Source of the DNA: an uncultured Candidatus Saccharibacteria bacterium | GTDB taxonomy: Bacteria; Patescibacteriota; Minisyncoccia; Phycocordibacterales; WO2-35-19 | Assembly: GCA_964630525.1 (NCBI GenBank) | Contig: CAZVUY010000001.1 | Coordinates: 114,901 to 178,900, forward strand | Reading direction: 5' to 3' | DNA length: 64,000 bases | Part shown: positions 37,013 to 46,842 of the stretch, piece after piece | How positions within the stretch are numbered: the stretch's first letter is position 1 | How the letters are laid out: every line of letters starts with the position of its first letter | Translations under genes and position numbers: made by a program | The notes under the pieces: generated by a model | Database searches by the model: none | What the model was told of the DNA's origin: nothing | What the model saw: only the letters and a program-made list of their open reading frames with translations

Positions 37013-38227
37013 ATGTTTTGGAATGAACCTAAAGTTTCAATAGATGAGAAAAAAATCGACAACCTTTTGAGTAGGGGGGTAGACAGGATTTACCCTTCAA
37101 GAGAAGCTTTAAAACAACTACTCATGTCTGGCAAGAGGTTGAGGCTTTATCAAGGCTTTGATCCGACCGGTAAAGACCTTCATATTGGTCATATGGTTGG
37201 TTTGCGTAAACATCGCGAATGGCAGGAGCTCGGCCATGAGGTCATTTTTTTGATCGGTGACGGTACTGGTACCGCTGGTGATCCGAGTGGCAAAAAAAAG
37301 ACCAGGGATAAATTTTTTACCAAAAAAGAATTACGGGAAAATGCTCATGGTTATCTCAATCAAGCTGGCAAGCTGGTGCGTTTTGACGGGCCAAACCCAG
37401 TAAAAGTAATGTACAACGGTGACTGGTTAGACAAACTCACTAAAGAAGATATTTTAAACATAGCCCAAAATTTTTCGGTGCAACAACTTATTGAGCGTGA
37501 CATGTTTCAAGAAAGGTTAAAACTCGGGGAGTCTATCAATATGCGAGAATTTCTATACCCACTCCTCCAAGGCTATGATTCTGTAGCAATGGATGTGGAT
37601 TTGGAAATCGGCGGTACCGACCAGACATTCAACATGTTGGCGGGCCGAACTCTAATGAGGGCCATGAAGGGTAAAGAGAAATTTGTTATGACAACCCCAC
37701 TCCTGGTTGATGCCAAAGGGGTAAAAATAGGCAAGAGCGAGGGGAATGTAATCGCTCTTAACGATGAACCAAGTGTGTTGTTTGGTAAAATAATGTCCCT
37801 TGGGGACGACGCCATTGTTCCAATGTTAAACTTGCTTTCCGATATCTCCTCCGAAGAAATAGCTACCTTTGATATTCAAAAAAATGCCATGTCCCTCAAG
37901 AAGATGGTCGCGGAAATCATTATAAAACAACTGTATGGGGTAGAATTGGCGAGTCAAGCTAGGGCCAAATTTGAAAATACTTTTGGTCGAGGAGAGTTCC
38001 CAACGGACGCCCTGGAAATCAAAGCTCCAAAAGAATCTAAATTGGTAGATGTTTTGGTTTCAGAAAAAATAATTGAATCAAAGTCGGAATTTCGTAGATT
38101 GATTGAGGCTGGAGCAATTTCTGATTTTCCTGATCAAAAAATTTCTGACCCAAATGAAGTGGTGGGGGAGTCAAAGAGAAAAATAAAAGTTGGTAAAAAA
38201 ACTTTTGTATTCGTTATTCCTCTATAA
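37013..38227 (+). CDS. tyrS: Tyrosyl-tRNA synthetase
   Basis: It has HIGH (GKDLHIGHMVG), KIGKSEGN (KMSKS-like) and a C-terminal S4-like domain. Confidence 0.8.
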   Translation: MFWNEPKVSIDEKKIDNLLSRGVDRIYPSREALKQLLMSGKRLRLYQGFDPTGKDLHIGHMVGLRKHREWQELGHEVIFLIGDGTGTAGDPSGKKKTRDKFFTKKELRENAHGYLNQAGKLVRFDGPNPVKVMYNGDWLDKLTKEDILNIAQNFSVQQLIERDMFQERLKLGESINMREFLYPLLQGYDSVAMDVDLEIGGTDQTFNMLAGRTLMRAMKGKEKFVMTTPLLVDAKGVKIGKSEGNVIALNDEPSVLFGKIMSLGDDAIVPMLNLLSDISSEEIATFDIQKNAMSLKKMVAEIIIKQLYGVELASQARAKFENTFGRGEFPTDALEIKAPKESKLVDVLVSEKIIESKSEFRRLIEAGAISDFPDQKISDPNEVVGESKRKIKVGKKTFVFVIPL

Positions 38228-38484
38228 TAAAAACAGACCCTCTAAATTTGGATCTGTTTTTATTGTTTCTATTCTTCCCTCTCCTCTCCTTCTTCGTCGG
38301 TTTCGTCTTCCTCTTCGTCAACCTCATCCCCAGTATCTTCTCCCACACCTTCTGTATCTTCCACTTCTTCTTCTAAAACATCTTTTTGTGGATCAAAATC
38401 ATCACTCATGATTTTAAAATTATCTTTCTAATTATCCGCTGGCGCGGCTAATACTTTTTAGCATACCAAAAACTTTTTGCAACA

Positions 38485-39000
38485 CTAATTAAGCGGAATT
38501 GTGGATTGGGTGATAGAAGCGCAAGTGATGGCTACCGCTATGGCGTCGTACTCATCATCATAACGTTTTTTTTCTTTTATTTTTAATAATCGCTCTACCA
38601 TGTTTATGACCTGGTTTTTATCACTCTTACCATAACCGGTAACTGCCAGCTTGATTTGATTAGGGTTGAACTCCCTTATTTTCAAGTTGTTTTTAGCGGC
38701 TGCAGCTAAAATCACCCCTCTGGCTTCGGCCACTAACAAAGCGGTCTTTTTGTTTTTACTCCAAAGAAGGGTTTCGAGAGCGAATTGATCAGGGTTGAAT
38801 TCTTTTATTATTTCTTCAATCTTGCAGCCCAATTTAAATAACCTTAGTGAATGGGGTAGCTTCACCTCGGTTTCAAAGCATTCCGAATAGATAAGCTTTT
38901 GATCGGGACCTTTTGTTTTTAGGATGGCAATACCCATTCGACCGTAGCCTGGATCAATGCCAATAATAGTCGAACAAGGGTCTTTGATTTTTTTATTCAT
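38485..39000 (-). CDS. ruvC: Holliday junction resolvase RuvC
   Basis: IIGIDPGYGRMGIAIL is the RuvC N-terminal catalytic motif. Confidence 0.9.
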   Translation of the reverse strand: MNKKIKDPCSTIIGIDPGYGRMGIAILKTKGPDQKLIYSECFETEVKLPHSLRLFKLGCKIEEIIKEFNPDQFALETLLWSKNKKTALLVAEARGVILAAAAKNNLKIREFNPNQIKLAVTGYGKSDKNQVINMVERLLKIKEKKRYDDEYDAIAVAITCASITQSTIPLN

Positions 39001-39006
39001 GATTTG

Positions 39007-39543
39007 CTATTCCGCGTTGGTGTAAACTTCTCTCACCTCGTCGTTTTCTTCAAGCTCCTCAATTAGCTTATCGAGAATTAACCCATCTGATTCGCTGACT
39101 GATACTTTCAAATTGGGTTCCCAAGAACTGTCGGCCGATTTGGTAAAAGCCCAAGAAGCTGAACCAGGGGCGGCCAGTTCGAAACCATTTTTAGAAAGAA
39201 TATGCTTGATCTCCTGAGCTGCTTTATTTCGGTTGTCTGTGAGAGCATCAATGATAAGAGCACACCCCCCCGGACCGTAAGCTTCATAAGTTATCTGCTC
39301 CAAGTTTCCGCCCTCGCTACCGCTTTTGCCTTTGCTGACTGCCCGTTCAATGTTGTCATTTGGTACATTGGCGGCTCGAGCTTTTTCAATCGCACTTCGT
39401 AGGCTGGGCGAATTTATATCCCCACCACTCTTTTTTGACTCGATTGTAATAAAACGGACTAGTTTGCCAAAAATCTTACTCTTCTGGGCATCGGTGACCG
39501 CTTTTTTATTCTTTATTTTTGACCATTTATTGTGTCCGGACAT
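39007..39543 (-). CDS. YebC/PmpR-family transcriptional regulator (short form)
   Basis: The N-terminus MSGHNKWSKIKNKKAVTDAQKSKIFGKL matches the YebC family. Confidence 0.8.
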   Translation of the reverse strand: MSGHNKWSKIKNKKAVTDAQKSKIFGKLVRFITIESKKSGGDINSPSLRSAIEKARAANVPNDNIERAVSKGKSGSEGGNLEQITYEAYGPGGCALIIDALTDNRNKAAQEIKHILSKNGFELAAPGSASWAFTKSADSSWEPNLKVSVSESDGLILDKLIEELEENDEVREVYTNAE

Positions 39544-39567
39544 ATAACGAATATATCATAATTTTTA

Positions 39568-39618
39568 AAACCCCACCCGGCTTTTCAGCCACCCTCCCCT
39601 TGTTCAGGGGAGGGAAGG
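39568..39618. repeat. GC-rich REP-like element (ccccaccc...ccaccctcccctt-gttcagg-ggagggaagg), left copy flanking DUF559 gene
   Basis: An inverted copy lies at 40002-40049 and a direct copy at 46317-46362. Confidence 0.6.
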
Positions 39619-39626
39619 CACCACAT

Positions 39627-39977
39627 TCACGCTAAATGGTTTTGTATGGTACTCAACACTTCGTTTATATTTTGTTCAATTTGAGCATTGGAAAATCTCA
39701 AAACTTTATAATCTAAATCTGTTAAAAACTTGTCCCGTACCTCATCATACCCTTTGGCCTCTCTGGTATTATGTATTTTACCGTCAAGTTCAATGATTAG
39801 TTTCTTTTCCTTGCAATAAAAATCAAGAATATAACCACTTACACTGTGTTGTCTTCTAAACTTAATTCCCAATCTTTTATCTTTCAAATACCACCATAAT
39901 TTTTCTTCTTGAGAAGTTTGGTTTTTTCTTAATTCTTTTCGACGATCAACAAGTTTATGAATATTATGAATTTTCAC
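39627..39977 (-). CDS. DUF559 / Vsr-like endonuclease-domain protein
   Basis: KLWWYLKDKRLGIKFRRQHSVSGYILDFYCKEKKLIIELDGKIH is typical of DUF559. A ~48-bp inverted REP pair flanks it. Confidence 0.7.
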   Translation of the reverse strand: MKIHNIHKLVDRRKELRKNQTSQEEKLWWYLKDKRLGIKFRRQHSVSGYILDFYCKEKKLIIELDGKIHNTREAKGYDEVRDKFLTDLDYKVLRFSNAQIEQNINEVLSTIQNHLA

Positions 39978-40001
39978 TACACTCTAAATTATCGCGGTTT
40001 T

Positions 40002-40049
40002 CCCTCACCTGAACAAGGGGAGGGCTACGCGAAGCGAGGGGTGGGGTTT
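40002..40049. repeat. GC-rich REP-like element, right (inverted) copy flanking DUF559 gene
   Basis: ccctcacctgaacaaggggagggc...cgaggggtggggttt is the reverse complement of the left copy, with a few mismatches. Confidence 0.6.
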
Positions 40050-40111
40050 GCATTGGTTTGAAAAATAATAAGAGTGGAGTATGATTTAGGTATTAAAATT
40101 AATATAAACAT

Positions 40112-40438
40112 ATGGGAATGGAATCATTTGGCGGAGTACCTTCTAAAAAAGAAATTGAGGAACAGATTACCCCAGAAGTAATGAATGAATCGCATGATAA
40201 ATTTTTAGAGGAAGCCAGAAGGCAAGCTGAGTATTGGAACGAGGCCATAAAAGGATACCAAGCCAAAATTGAGGAATACGAAAAAGCTACTGAAGACGAG
40301 AATGGAAATATTGTCGATAAAACAGTAGGCCACACTACTACAAAAAGAGAAGGTATCCAAGGAGTGAAGAAATTAATAGAAGAGGCCGAAATAGCAAAGG
40401 AAAAAGAGGAAACTAAATTTATGTCTAAACTAGAGTAA
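40112..40438 (+). CDS. Hypothetical coiled-coil protein
   Basis: It is an E/K-rich 108-aa ORF with no motif I recognise. Confidence 0.35.
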   Translation: MGMESFGGVPSKKEIEEQITPEVMNESHDKFLEEARRQAEYWNEAIKGYQAKIEEYEKATEDENGNIVDKTVGHTTTKREGIQGVKKLIEEAEIAKEKEETKFMSKLE

Positions 40439-41461
40439 TTTCTCTCTTCTCTCCCCCGGAAAAAATAATCCTAAATGTTCATATCCTAATTTGGTCAACA
40501 CTCTACCACGAGGGGTGCGTTCGATAAATCCAATTTGGATCAGATAAGGCTCATTGAATTCTTCAATCGTAGCCTCTTCTTCGGCGAGAGAGGTGGCCAA
40601 AGTATTGAGGCCGACTGGGCCGCCATTAAATTTTTGAGCGATTGTTGTTAATAAATTTCTGTCAGACAGGTTTAGGCCAACCTCGTCTATACCAAGTAGG
40701 GCGAAAGCCTGGTTTACCACCTCTTCATCTATTTTTCTTTTTTCCATTTGGGCGTAGTCGCGAGCCCGCTTCAGCAGATAGTTGGCGGTTCTGGGGGTGA
40801 AGCGGCTGCGGCTAGCGATCGCTTTTTGAGCCGGTGTATCCAACTCGATTCCCAAAATATCAGCCGATCTTTTTACTATCTCCATTATTTCTGCTGGTGT
40901 GTAAAATTCGAGCTTGAAAATACCACCAGAAAAACGGCTCCGAAGTGGGGAAGAGATCATCGCTACTTTAGTTGTCGCTCCGATCAGGGTGAATTTGGGC
41001 AACTCTAGCTGGATAGTTCTGGCACTCGGACCCTTGCCAAGAATTATATCCAACGAACCAGATTCCATGGCGGGGTAGAGAACCTCTTCGATGTTTTTGT
41101 TGAGCCGATGAATTTCGTCTATAAACAAAATATCCTGAGCAGAAAGATTGGTTAATATCGAAGCGAGATCACCGACCTTTTCGATAGCTGGGCCAGAGGT
41201 TGAGCGCATTTGACTACCAGACTCTTTGGCGATAAGGTGGGCCAGGGTTGTTTTGCCTAAACCTGGTGGTCCATAAAAAAGCAGGTGCTCGGGAGGGTGG
41301 TTGCGTTCTTTGGCTGCTGAGAGCAGAATATGGAGGTTTTTCTTGATGTTTTCTTGGCCGATATAATCTGACCAGCGAGATGGGCGTAAGGTTTGGTCCA
41401 AAAAATCATAATCTCGCCCCTCATCTGACTGATCAGCAGGGTTTTTTGTTTTCCTTGACAT
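40430..41461 (-). CDS. ruvB: Holliday junction branch-migration helicase RuvB
   Basis: It has the Walker A LLFYGPPGLGKTTLA and a winged-helix C-terminus. Confidence 0.95.
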   Translation of the reverse strand: MSRKTKNPADQSDEGRDYDFLDQTLRPSRWSDYIGQENIKKNLHILLSAAKERNHPPEHLLFYGPPGLGKTTLAHLIAKESGSQMRSTSGPAIEKVGDLASILTNLSAQDILFIDEIHRLNKNIEEVLYPAMESGSLDIILGKGPSARTIQLELPKFTLIGATTKVAMISSPLRSRFSGGIFKLEFYTPAEIMEIVKRSADILGIELDTPAQKAIASRSRFTPRTANYLLKRARDYAQMEKRKIDEEVVNQAFALLGIDEVGLNLSDRNLLTTIAQKFNGGPVGLNTLATSLAEEEATIEEFNEPYLIQIGFIERTPRGRVLTKLGYEHLGLFFPGERREKLL

Positions 41462-41524
41462 ATTTTATGCTACATGATATACTTCTCCAGAATTTGCATT
41501 GTGGCAAAATTGGCGGCGGTTGGA

Positions 41525-41684
41525 GGTACAAATCTCTAAGCGGCGGTTCACCTTGGGTGGATTTTGACATTAAATCAAGGAAGTGCCGGTGCCATCTTTC
41601 TAAGAGGGATTGCTAGCGCTCTCCTCAGAGTAATGTTTTGCTTTCGATATAAAAATTGAAAGTGCCGCTTAGAGATTTGTATCC
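41525..41684. other. ~160-nt element closed by a 20-bp perfect long-range inverted repeat (ggtacaaatctctaagcggc / gccgcttagagatttgtatcc); candidate structured RNA or miniature element
   Basis: The arms lie at 41525-41546 and 41664-41684 in the pilB-ruvB intergenic region. The interior contains GAAGUGCCGG and GAAAGUGCCGC motifs. Confidence 0.3.
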
Positions 41685-41747
41685 CTAATTCCCATTATTC
41701 ATAAAAGGTTGCCTCGGGCAATTTTTTATGTGAATAACTTTTCATTC

Positions 41748-43427
41748 TTAAGACTCTATATCGATGACCCTGCTCAGTTCATCCAAAGAAGTGATTCCTT
41801 TTAGAATTTTTATTACCCCATCTTGGAGCATGTTCGGTATGCCTTGATCTTCAGCGGCCTTATTTATCTCTCTTTCGCTCGGGTTTTGGATGACCGCAGC
41901 CTCTATTCTTTCGTCAGTAACGATCGCTTCATAGATACCGGTTCTACCTCGATAGCCGGTGAAATTGCACAGGGCACAACCGACCGCTTCATGAATGTTG
42001 TTTGGGTCAATTTCTTTCAAGAAATCCTTGTCTTTGATTTCACTCAAAACTTTTTTGATCAGGGCCGCGTCTCTCTCGTTTGGTAGTGATTTTTTCTTGC
42101 ATTTATCACAAAGTTTTCTTACCAATCTTTGAGCCATAGCCAAATTGATAGCGGAAGTAATAACTTTTGGGTTTACCCCGAGATCAATCAATCTGGGGAA
42201 TGTGCCAGCGGCGTTGTTAGTGTGTAAGGTAGAGAAAACCAAGTGTCCAGTCAAAGCCGAGTTTACGGCTATCTCAGCTGTTTCTTCGTCGCGAATTTCT
42301 CCAACCATGATAATGTCCGGATCTTGGCGTAAAGCACTCCTGAGGCCTTCCAGAAAAGTGTAACCTTTTTCTTCCTCTGTTTGGGTTTGGACGATTCCCT
42401 TGAGATGGTACTCGATCGGGTTTTCAATAGTGATAATTTTGACTTCTGGCGAGTGGATCTTTCTCAAGAAAGCATAAAGGGTGGTGGTTTTACCCGAACC
42501 AGTCGGCCCGGTATTGAGAATCATTCCGTTGGGTTTCTTTAGTTCTTTCAGAAGGATGTTTAACAGCTTATTGTTGATACCCAAATCTTCCAAAGAGACA
42601 GCGATGGCGTTTGGGTTGAGGACTCGCAGCACCACGGAGTCGCCATAATTACCAGGGAGTAGGGAAGTACGGATCTCTATTTCGGTATCGCCAATTTTTA
42701 TACTAAACCTACCGTCTTGAGCCTTACCTTTAATGTTGAGCTTAAGGTTTGAAATGAGCTTGATTCGGGAGAGTAACAGACTGTAAATATTGTGATCAAG
42801 CTCTAAGATATCGTTTAGTACTCCGTCTAGTCGGTAACGCAGTCGGACCGAAGCCTCTTCTGGTTCGATGTGGATATCCGAGGCGTTTATGGAGATGGCG
42901 CCCGCTAGGATGATCTCTAAGATTCTGGTTATTCGATAACTCTTTTTTTGGGCCAAGACTTGGTCAATAGAATTTTTGATATCGGAAACACTTTTGACGT
43001 TTTTCACTAAGTCCTGGATTTCTTCATTCGCAATATCCAAAGCACCTCCCTTGGTTTCCATCGAATAAGATAAGTCCTTGTAGCGCTCCCAAACTTTTTG
43101 GAGACTTTGGTGAGAGACCATAAAAAGATTGACCAAGTAGCCTCTACTTTTCAAATCATCTATTATTTCAATCGTTTTCGGGTTGTTGGGGGAAATAATC
43201 GCCAAGGAAACCTTTTTGTTTATTATATTGAAGGGGGCGACTTCCGCTGCCTTTGCCACCTCTTCTTTTACAAGACGTAGAGCATCAATATTGATCGGGT
43301 TTACGCCCAGGTCAATATAGGAGAGACCGTATTTTTGAGACATTATCTTTGCCAACCCCTCTTCTTCCTCTTCTCGTAGGGTTTCTAATTTTCTTTTCTG
43401 CTTTCCTTCGTTGAATTGGATAACCAT
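41748..43427 (-). CDS. pilB: Type IV pilus assembly ATPase PilB (GspE family)
   Basis: It has the Walker A LNTGPTGSGKTTTL, an Asp box, His box and a tetracysteine motif. Confidence 0.9.
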   Translation of the reverse strand: MVIQFNEGKQKRKLETLREEEEEGLAKIMSQKYGLSYIDLGVNPINIDALRLVKEEVAKAAEVAPFNIINKKVSLAIISPNNPKTIEIIDDLKSRGYLVNLFMVSHQSLQKVWERYKDLSYSMETKGGALDIANEEIQDLVKNVKSVSDIKNSIDQVLAQKKSYRITRILEIILAGAISINASDIHIEPEEASVRLRYRLDGVLNDILELDHNIYSLLLSRIKLISNLKLNIKGKAQDGRFSIKIGDTEIEIRTSLLPGNYGDSVVLRVLNPNAIAVSLEDLGINNKLLNILLKELKKPNGMILNTGPTGSGKTTTLYAFLRKIHSPEVKIITIENPIEYHLKGIVQTQTEEEKGYTFLEGLRSALRQDPDIIMVGEIRDEETAEIAVNSALTGHLVFSTLHTNNAAGTFPRLIDLGVNPKVITSAINLAMAQRLVRKLCDKCKKKSLPNERDAALIKKVLSEIKDKDFLKEIDPNNIHEAVGCALCNFTGYRGRTGIYEAIVTDERIEAAVIQNPSEREINKAAEDQGIPNMLQDGVIKILKGITSLDELSRVIDIES

Positions 43428-43558
43428 GAATTAAATTGTACCATAAGACCTCACCCCCGACCCCTCTCCCCCCGCTTCGCCAAGGCTTCGCTGGGCGAGT
43501 AGAATTAGGAGAGGGGAGAAATAGAAGCTTGTAGTTTTATGGTAGTATAGAAAATTAT

Positions 43559-43999
43559 ATGGAAATTATTTCTAAAAATACAGAAGAAACCAAACAGGCA
43601 GCTTTCGATTTTGCCGCTAATTTAAAGCCGAGAGGTACCGGCGCGACCATAGTCGGTCTTTATGGCGAGCTTGGTGCTGGCAAGACCACTTTTATGAAAT
43701 ATTTAGCCGAACATTTTGGAGTAAAAGAAACAGTACAGAGTCCAACTTTTGTGATTATGAAATCTTTCAATCTTTCGACCCCTCCTTTTTTTAATAAGCT
43801 GATCCATATTGACGCCTATCGCCTAGAAGACCCGTCAGAGATGCTCAAATTGGGTTGGCAAGAAATGATTGGTTACCCCAAAAATCTGATTTGTATCGAA
43901 TGGCCGGAAAAAATAGAAAACATCTTACCACCCCATATTGTGGTAAGATTTGAGCATGTTAAAGACGGGGAAAGTCAAAGAAAGATTAGTTTTGCTTGA
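43559..43999 (+). CDS. tsaE: tRNA threonylcarbamoyladenosine biosynthesis protein TsaE
   Basis: It has the P-loop GELGAGKTTFMKYLAEHFG and QSPTF. Confidence 0.8.
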   Translation: MEIISKNTEETKQAAFDFAANLKPRGTGATIVGLYGELGAGKTTFMKYLAEHFGVKETVQSPTFVIMKSFNLSTPPFFNKLIHIDAYRLEDPSEMLKLGWQEMIGYPKNLICIEWPEKIENILPPHIVVRFEHVKDGESQRKISFA

Positions 44000-46316
44000 T
44001 GCCCACGCCATCATTCACCGGGCGTATCACGCTTTGCCGGATTTTGCGACTAGCCGAGGGGAACCGACCGGGGCTCTCTACGGCCTTACTTTGATGGTTT
44101 TGAAGATCGCTTCCGAACTGAAACCCGATTTCCTGATCGCTTGTTTTGATCTGCCCAAACCCACTTATCGACACGAGGTTTACGAGGGCTACAAAGCTGG
44201 TCGGCAGAAGACTGACGACGACCTGGCAATCCAGCTTGAGAAGTCGAAATCGATCTGCGAGGCGCTCAACATCCCGATCTACTCCAAAGAAGGATTCGAA
44301 GCCGATGATATGCTTGGGACCATTGTGGAAAGGTTGAAAAATGAAGATTTAGAAATCATTATCGCTTCTGGTGATATGGACACTCTCCAGCTTGTCGACG
44401 GCCAGGTGAAAGTCTATACCCTTAAAAAGGGAATCAAAGACACGATCCTTTATGATGAAAAAGCTGTTAAAGAAAGATTTGGTTTTGAACCCCGACTTCT
44501 GCCCGATTATAAAGGTTTGCGGGGCGACCCCTCAGACAACATTATTGGAATTCCCGGTATTGGTGAGAAAAGTGCGACCGAACTCATCACCAACTTTGGT
44601 AGTCTGGAAAACATATACAAAAAATTAAAAGCCAAAAACTCAGAACTTCAGGAAAAAATAAAACCAAGAACTCTGGAATTGTTGAAAGAGGGAGAAGAGG
44701 AAGCCAAATTTAGCAAAATGCTCGCTACCATTAGAAGGGATGCCTCGATAGATTTTGAACTACCTAAAAAACGTTGGTCTGATGGACTAGACTTAAAAAG
44801 AGCTGAAGAGATATTTACCGCCTTTGAATTTAGAACAATGGGCCAAAAACTCAGGGAGGCTTTAAATAAAAATGGGACAGCAACAGTAGAAAAACAAAAA
44901 CAAACAGAAGATATAAATCCTACCGAACTAGAAGAGACTCTCTTGGCTTTGTGGGTGGTGGATTCGAATATCACTAACCCGAAAATCGAAGATCTTTTCA
45001 GATTTGCTCAGACTGAGGATTTCCGTGTGGCTAGAGACAAAGTTTTCTTGGAGCTTAAAAAGAGAGAAAGCGAATCTGTTTTTGCCGAAATAGAAAAGCC
45101 GCTAATCCCGATCCTGAAGGAAACCGAGCGCTATGGTATTTTGGTCGATAAAGTTTTTTTGGGTAAACTCAAAGAAGAATATTCCAAAGAATTGAAAGAG
45201 GTTGAAGAAAAGATCTGGCAACTGGCTGGTGCCACTAAATTCAATATCGCTTCACCAAAGCAACTCTCAGAGATTCTTTTTGATAAGCTTGGACTCCAGG
45301 TTAAAAATCACAAGAAGACTGGATCTGGTGCCAAGTCGACCCGCGAATCAGAATTGGAGAAGATGAAAGGAATGCACCCGATCGTACCGTTGGTGCTGGA
45401 GTATCGGGAAATCAGCAAACTTCTCTCTACTTATATCGAACCGATCCCAAAAGCACTTGACCAAAATTCAAGACTTCATTCTCACTTTGTCCAAGCCGGA
45501 GCAGCGACAGGTAGAATGTCTTCGGAAAATCCAAATTTGCAAAATATTCCGATTGGGAGTGAGAGGGGTAGAAGAATAAGACATGCTTTCTTGGCATCAA
45601 CAGGCCACCAGCTGCTGGCTCTCGACTATTCCCAGATTGAACTAAGGATCGCCGCTATCTTATCCAGAGAAGATAGTCTGATTGATATTTTTAAGAGCGG
45701 CAAGGATGTGCACACCGCGGTTGCGGCAGAAGTGTTTGGTGTTTCTCTGGAATCGGTGACCAAAGAGATGCGTCGCCAAGCGAAGGTGATAAATTTCGGT
45801 ATTCTCTATGGTATGGGAGTGAACGCTCTTCAGGTTAATCTGGGTACTGACCGGAAAACTGCCCAACAATTTTTGAATGCTTATTTTGCTAATTTCCCGA
45901 AATTGTCAGAGTATTTGGATCAGTCAAAACTGAGGGCGGAGCGTGATGGTTATACAAAAACCATCTTTGGCCGGCGCCGCTATTTTGAAGGGATCAAATC
46001 AAAAATCCCTTACATCAAGGCAGCGGCGGAGAGGATGGCGATCAACGCGCCAATTCAGGGTACCAACGCTGACATTGTCAAAATAGCAATGAAAAGAATT
46101 GATGAGATGCTACAGCAAGAGGGGTGGTCAAAAGAAGTACATCTGCTCATGCAAATACATGACGAATTGGTGTACGAAGTGAATGACCGGCTTATCGACC
46201 CTTTTAGTAGGGTGGCAAAAGAGATCATGGAACAAGTGTTGACCAAGGAGCAGACTCTCGGGGTGCCGATCGTTGTCAATCATTCAGTTGGGCCAAATTG
46301 GGGGGAGATGAAATGA
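43950..46316 (+). CDS. polA: DNA polymerase I (5'-3' exonuclease + polymerase domains)
   Basis: It has the 5'-nuclease N-terminus, motif A DYSQIELRIAA, motif B RRQAKVINFGILYGMG and motif C QIHDELVYEV. Confidence 0.95.
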   Translation: MSMLKTGKVKERLVLLDAHAIIHRAYHALPDFATSRGEPTGALYGLTLMVLKIASELKPDFLIACFDLPKPTYRHEVYEGYKAGRQKTDDDLAIQLEKSKSICEALNIPIYSKEGFEADDMLGTIVERLKNEDLEIIIASGDMDTLQLVDGQVKVYTLKKGIKDTILYDEKAVKERFGFEPRLLPDYKGLRGDPSDNIIGIPGIGEKSATELITNFGSLENIYKKLKAKNSELQEKIKPRTLELLKEGEEEAKFSKMLATIRRDASIDFELPKKRWSDGLDLKRAEEIFTAFEFRTMGQKLREALNKNGTATVEKQKQTEDINPTELEETLLALWVVDSNITNPKIEDLFRFAQTEDFRVARDKVFLELKKRESESVFAEIEKPLIPILKETERYGILVDKVFLGKLKEEYSKELKEVEEKIWQLAGATKFNIASPKQLSEILFDKLGLQVKNHKKTGSGAKSTRESELEKMKGMHPIVPLVLEYREISKLLSTYIEPIPKALDQNSRLHSHFVQAGAATGRMSSENPNLQNIPIGSERGRRIRHAFLASTGHQLLALDYSQIELRIAAILSREDSLIDIFKSGKDVHTAVAAEVFGVSLESVTKEMRRQAKVINFGILYGMGVNALQVNLGTDRKTAQQFLNAYFANFPKLSEYLDQSKLRAERDGYTKTIFGRRRYFEGIKSKIPYIKAAAERMAINAPIQGTNADIVKIAMKRIDEMLQQEGWSKEVHLLMQIHDELVYEVNDRLIDPFSRVAKEIMEQVLTKEQTLGVPIVVNHSVGPNWGEMK

Positions 46317-46362
46317 CCCCACCCAGCCTTTGGCCACCCTCCCCTTGGTAAGGGGAGGGAAG
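46317..46362. repeat. GC-rich REP-like element, third copy
   Basis: ccccacccagcctttggccaccctccccttggtaaggggagggaag lies immediately after the polA stop. Confidence 0.55.
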
Positions 46363-46370
46363 ACAAAAAC

Positions 46371-46799
46371 ATGGAAAATCAAAGTTTATTTAAAGAATAC
46401 AAAGGAGTTTTTGAAGAAGAAGTCGAAACTCCAAAAGAAAAGAAAGAGCTTGAATATACGTATTCTCCTTTTGCCCTACAAGATGCGATTGGGGAGCGGA
46501 ATGTTAAAAATATTTGGATACAATACAACAAACTCATCTTCCAAGGTGTTGAACCCGAAGAGTTGGTCCATAAAATTGTTGGCAAAGTGAGAGATATGGT
46601 GGCGATCGGTGCTGGGGCTAGTGCGCTAGACTTGGGTATCAAAGATTATCCATTCAATAAATCAAAAAAAGATTTGAAAAATTGGAAAACAGACGATTTG
46701 AAAAATTTTTATACCAAACTAATCACTCTTTATCACGAATCAAGAATGGGTGGTGATGAGCTAGGGATTGCTTTAGAGAAAGCACTGCTAAGTTTATAA
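46371..46799 (+). CDS. Hypothetical protein; its last ~25 codons are duplicated at 48122-48199
   Basis: The C-terminus is ...HESRMGGDELGIALEKALLSL. Confidence 0.5.
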   Translation: MENQSLFKEYKGVFEEEVETPKEKKELEYTYSPFALQDAIGERNVKNIWIQYNKLIFQGVEPEELVHKIVGKVRDMVAIGAGASALDLGIKDYPFNKSKKDLKNWKTDDLKNFYTKLITLYHESRMGGDELGIALEKALLSL

Positions 46800-46842
46800 T
46801 TACACCGAATTATAGTATGGAGATAAAGTAACGAATAAGTGC

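Noticed and set aside
38190-38411. 73-aa + strand ORF MVKKLLYSLFLYNKNRPSKF...
   Set aside because: It overlaps the tyrS 3' end and then reads low-complexity L/P sequence. It is more likely the mirror of the acidic minus-strand mini-ORF or noncoding.
41380-41616. 78-aa + ORF in the pilB-ruvB intergenic region
   Set aside because: It overlaps the ruvB start on the opposite strand and the long inverted-repeat element. There is no RBS and no coherent protein features.
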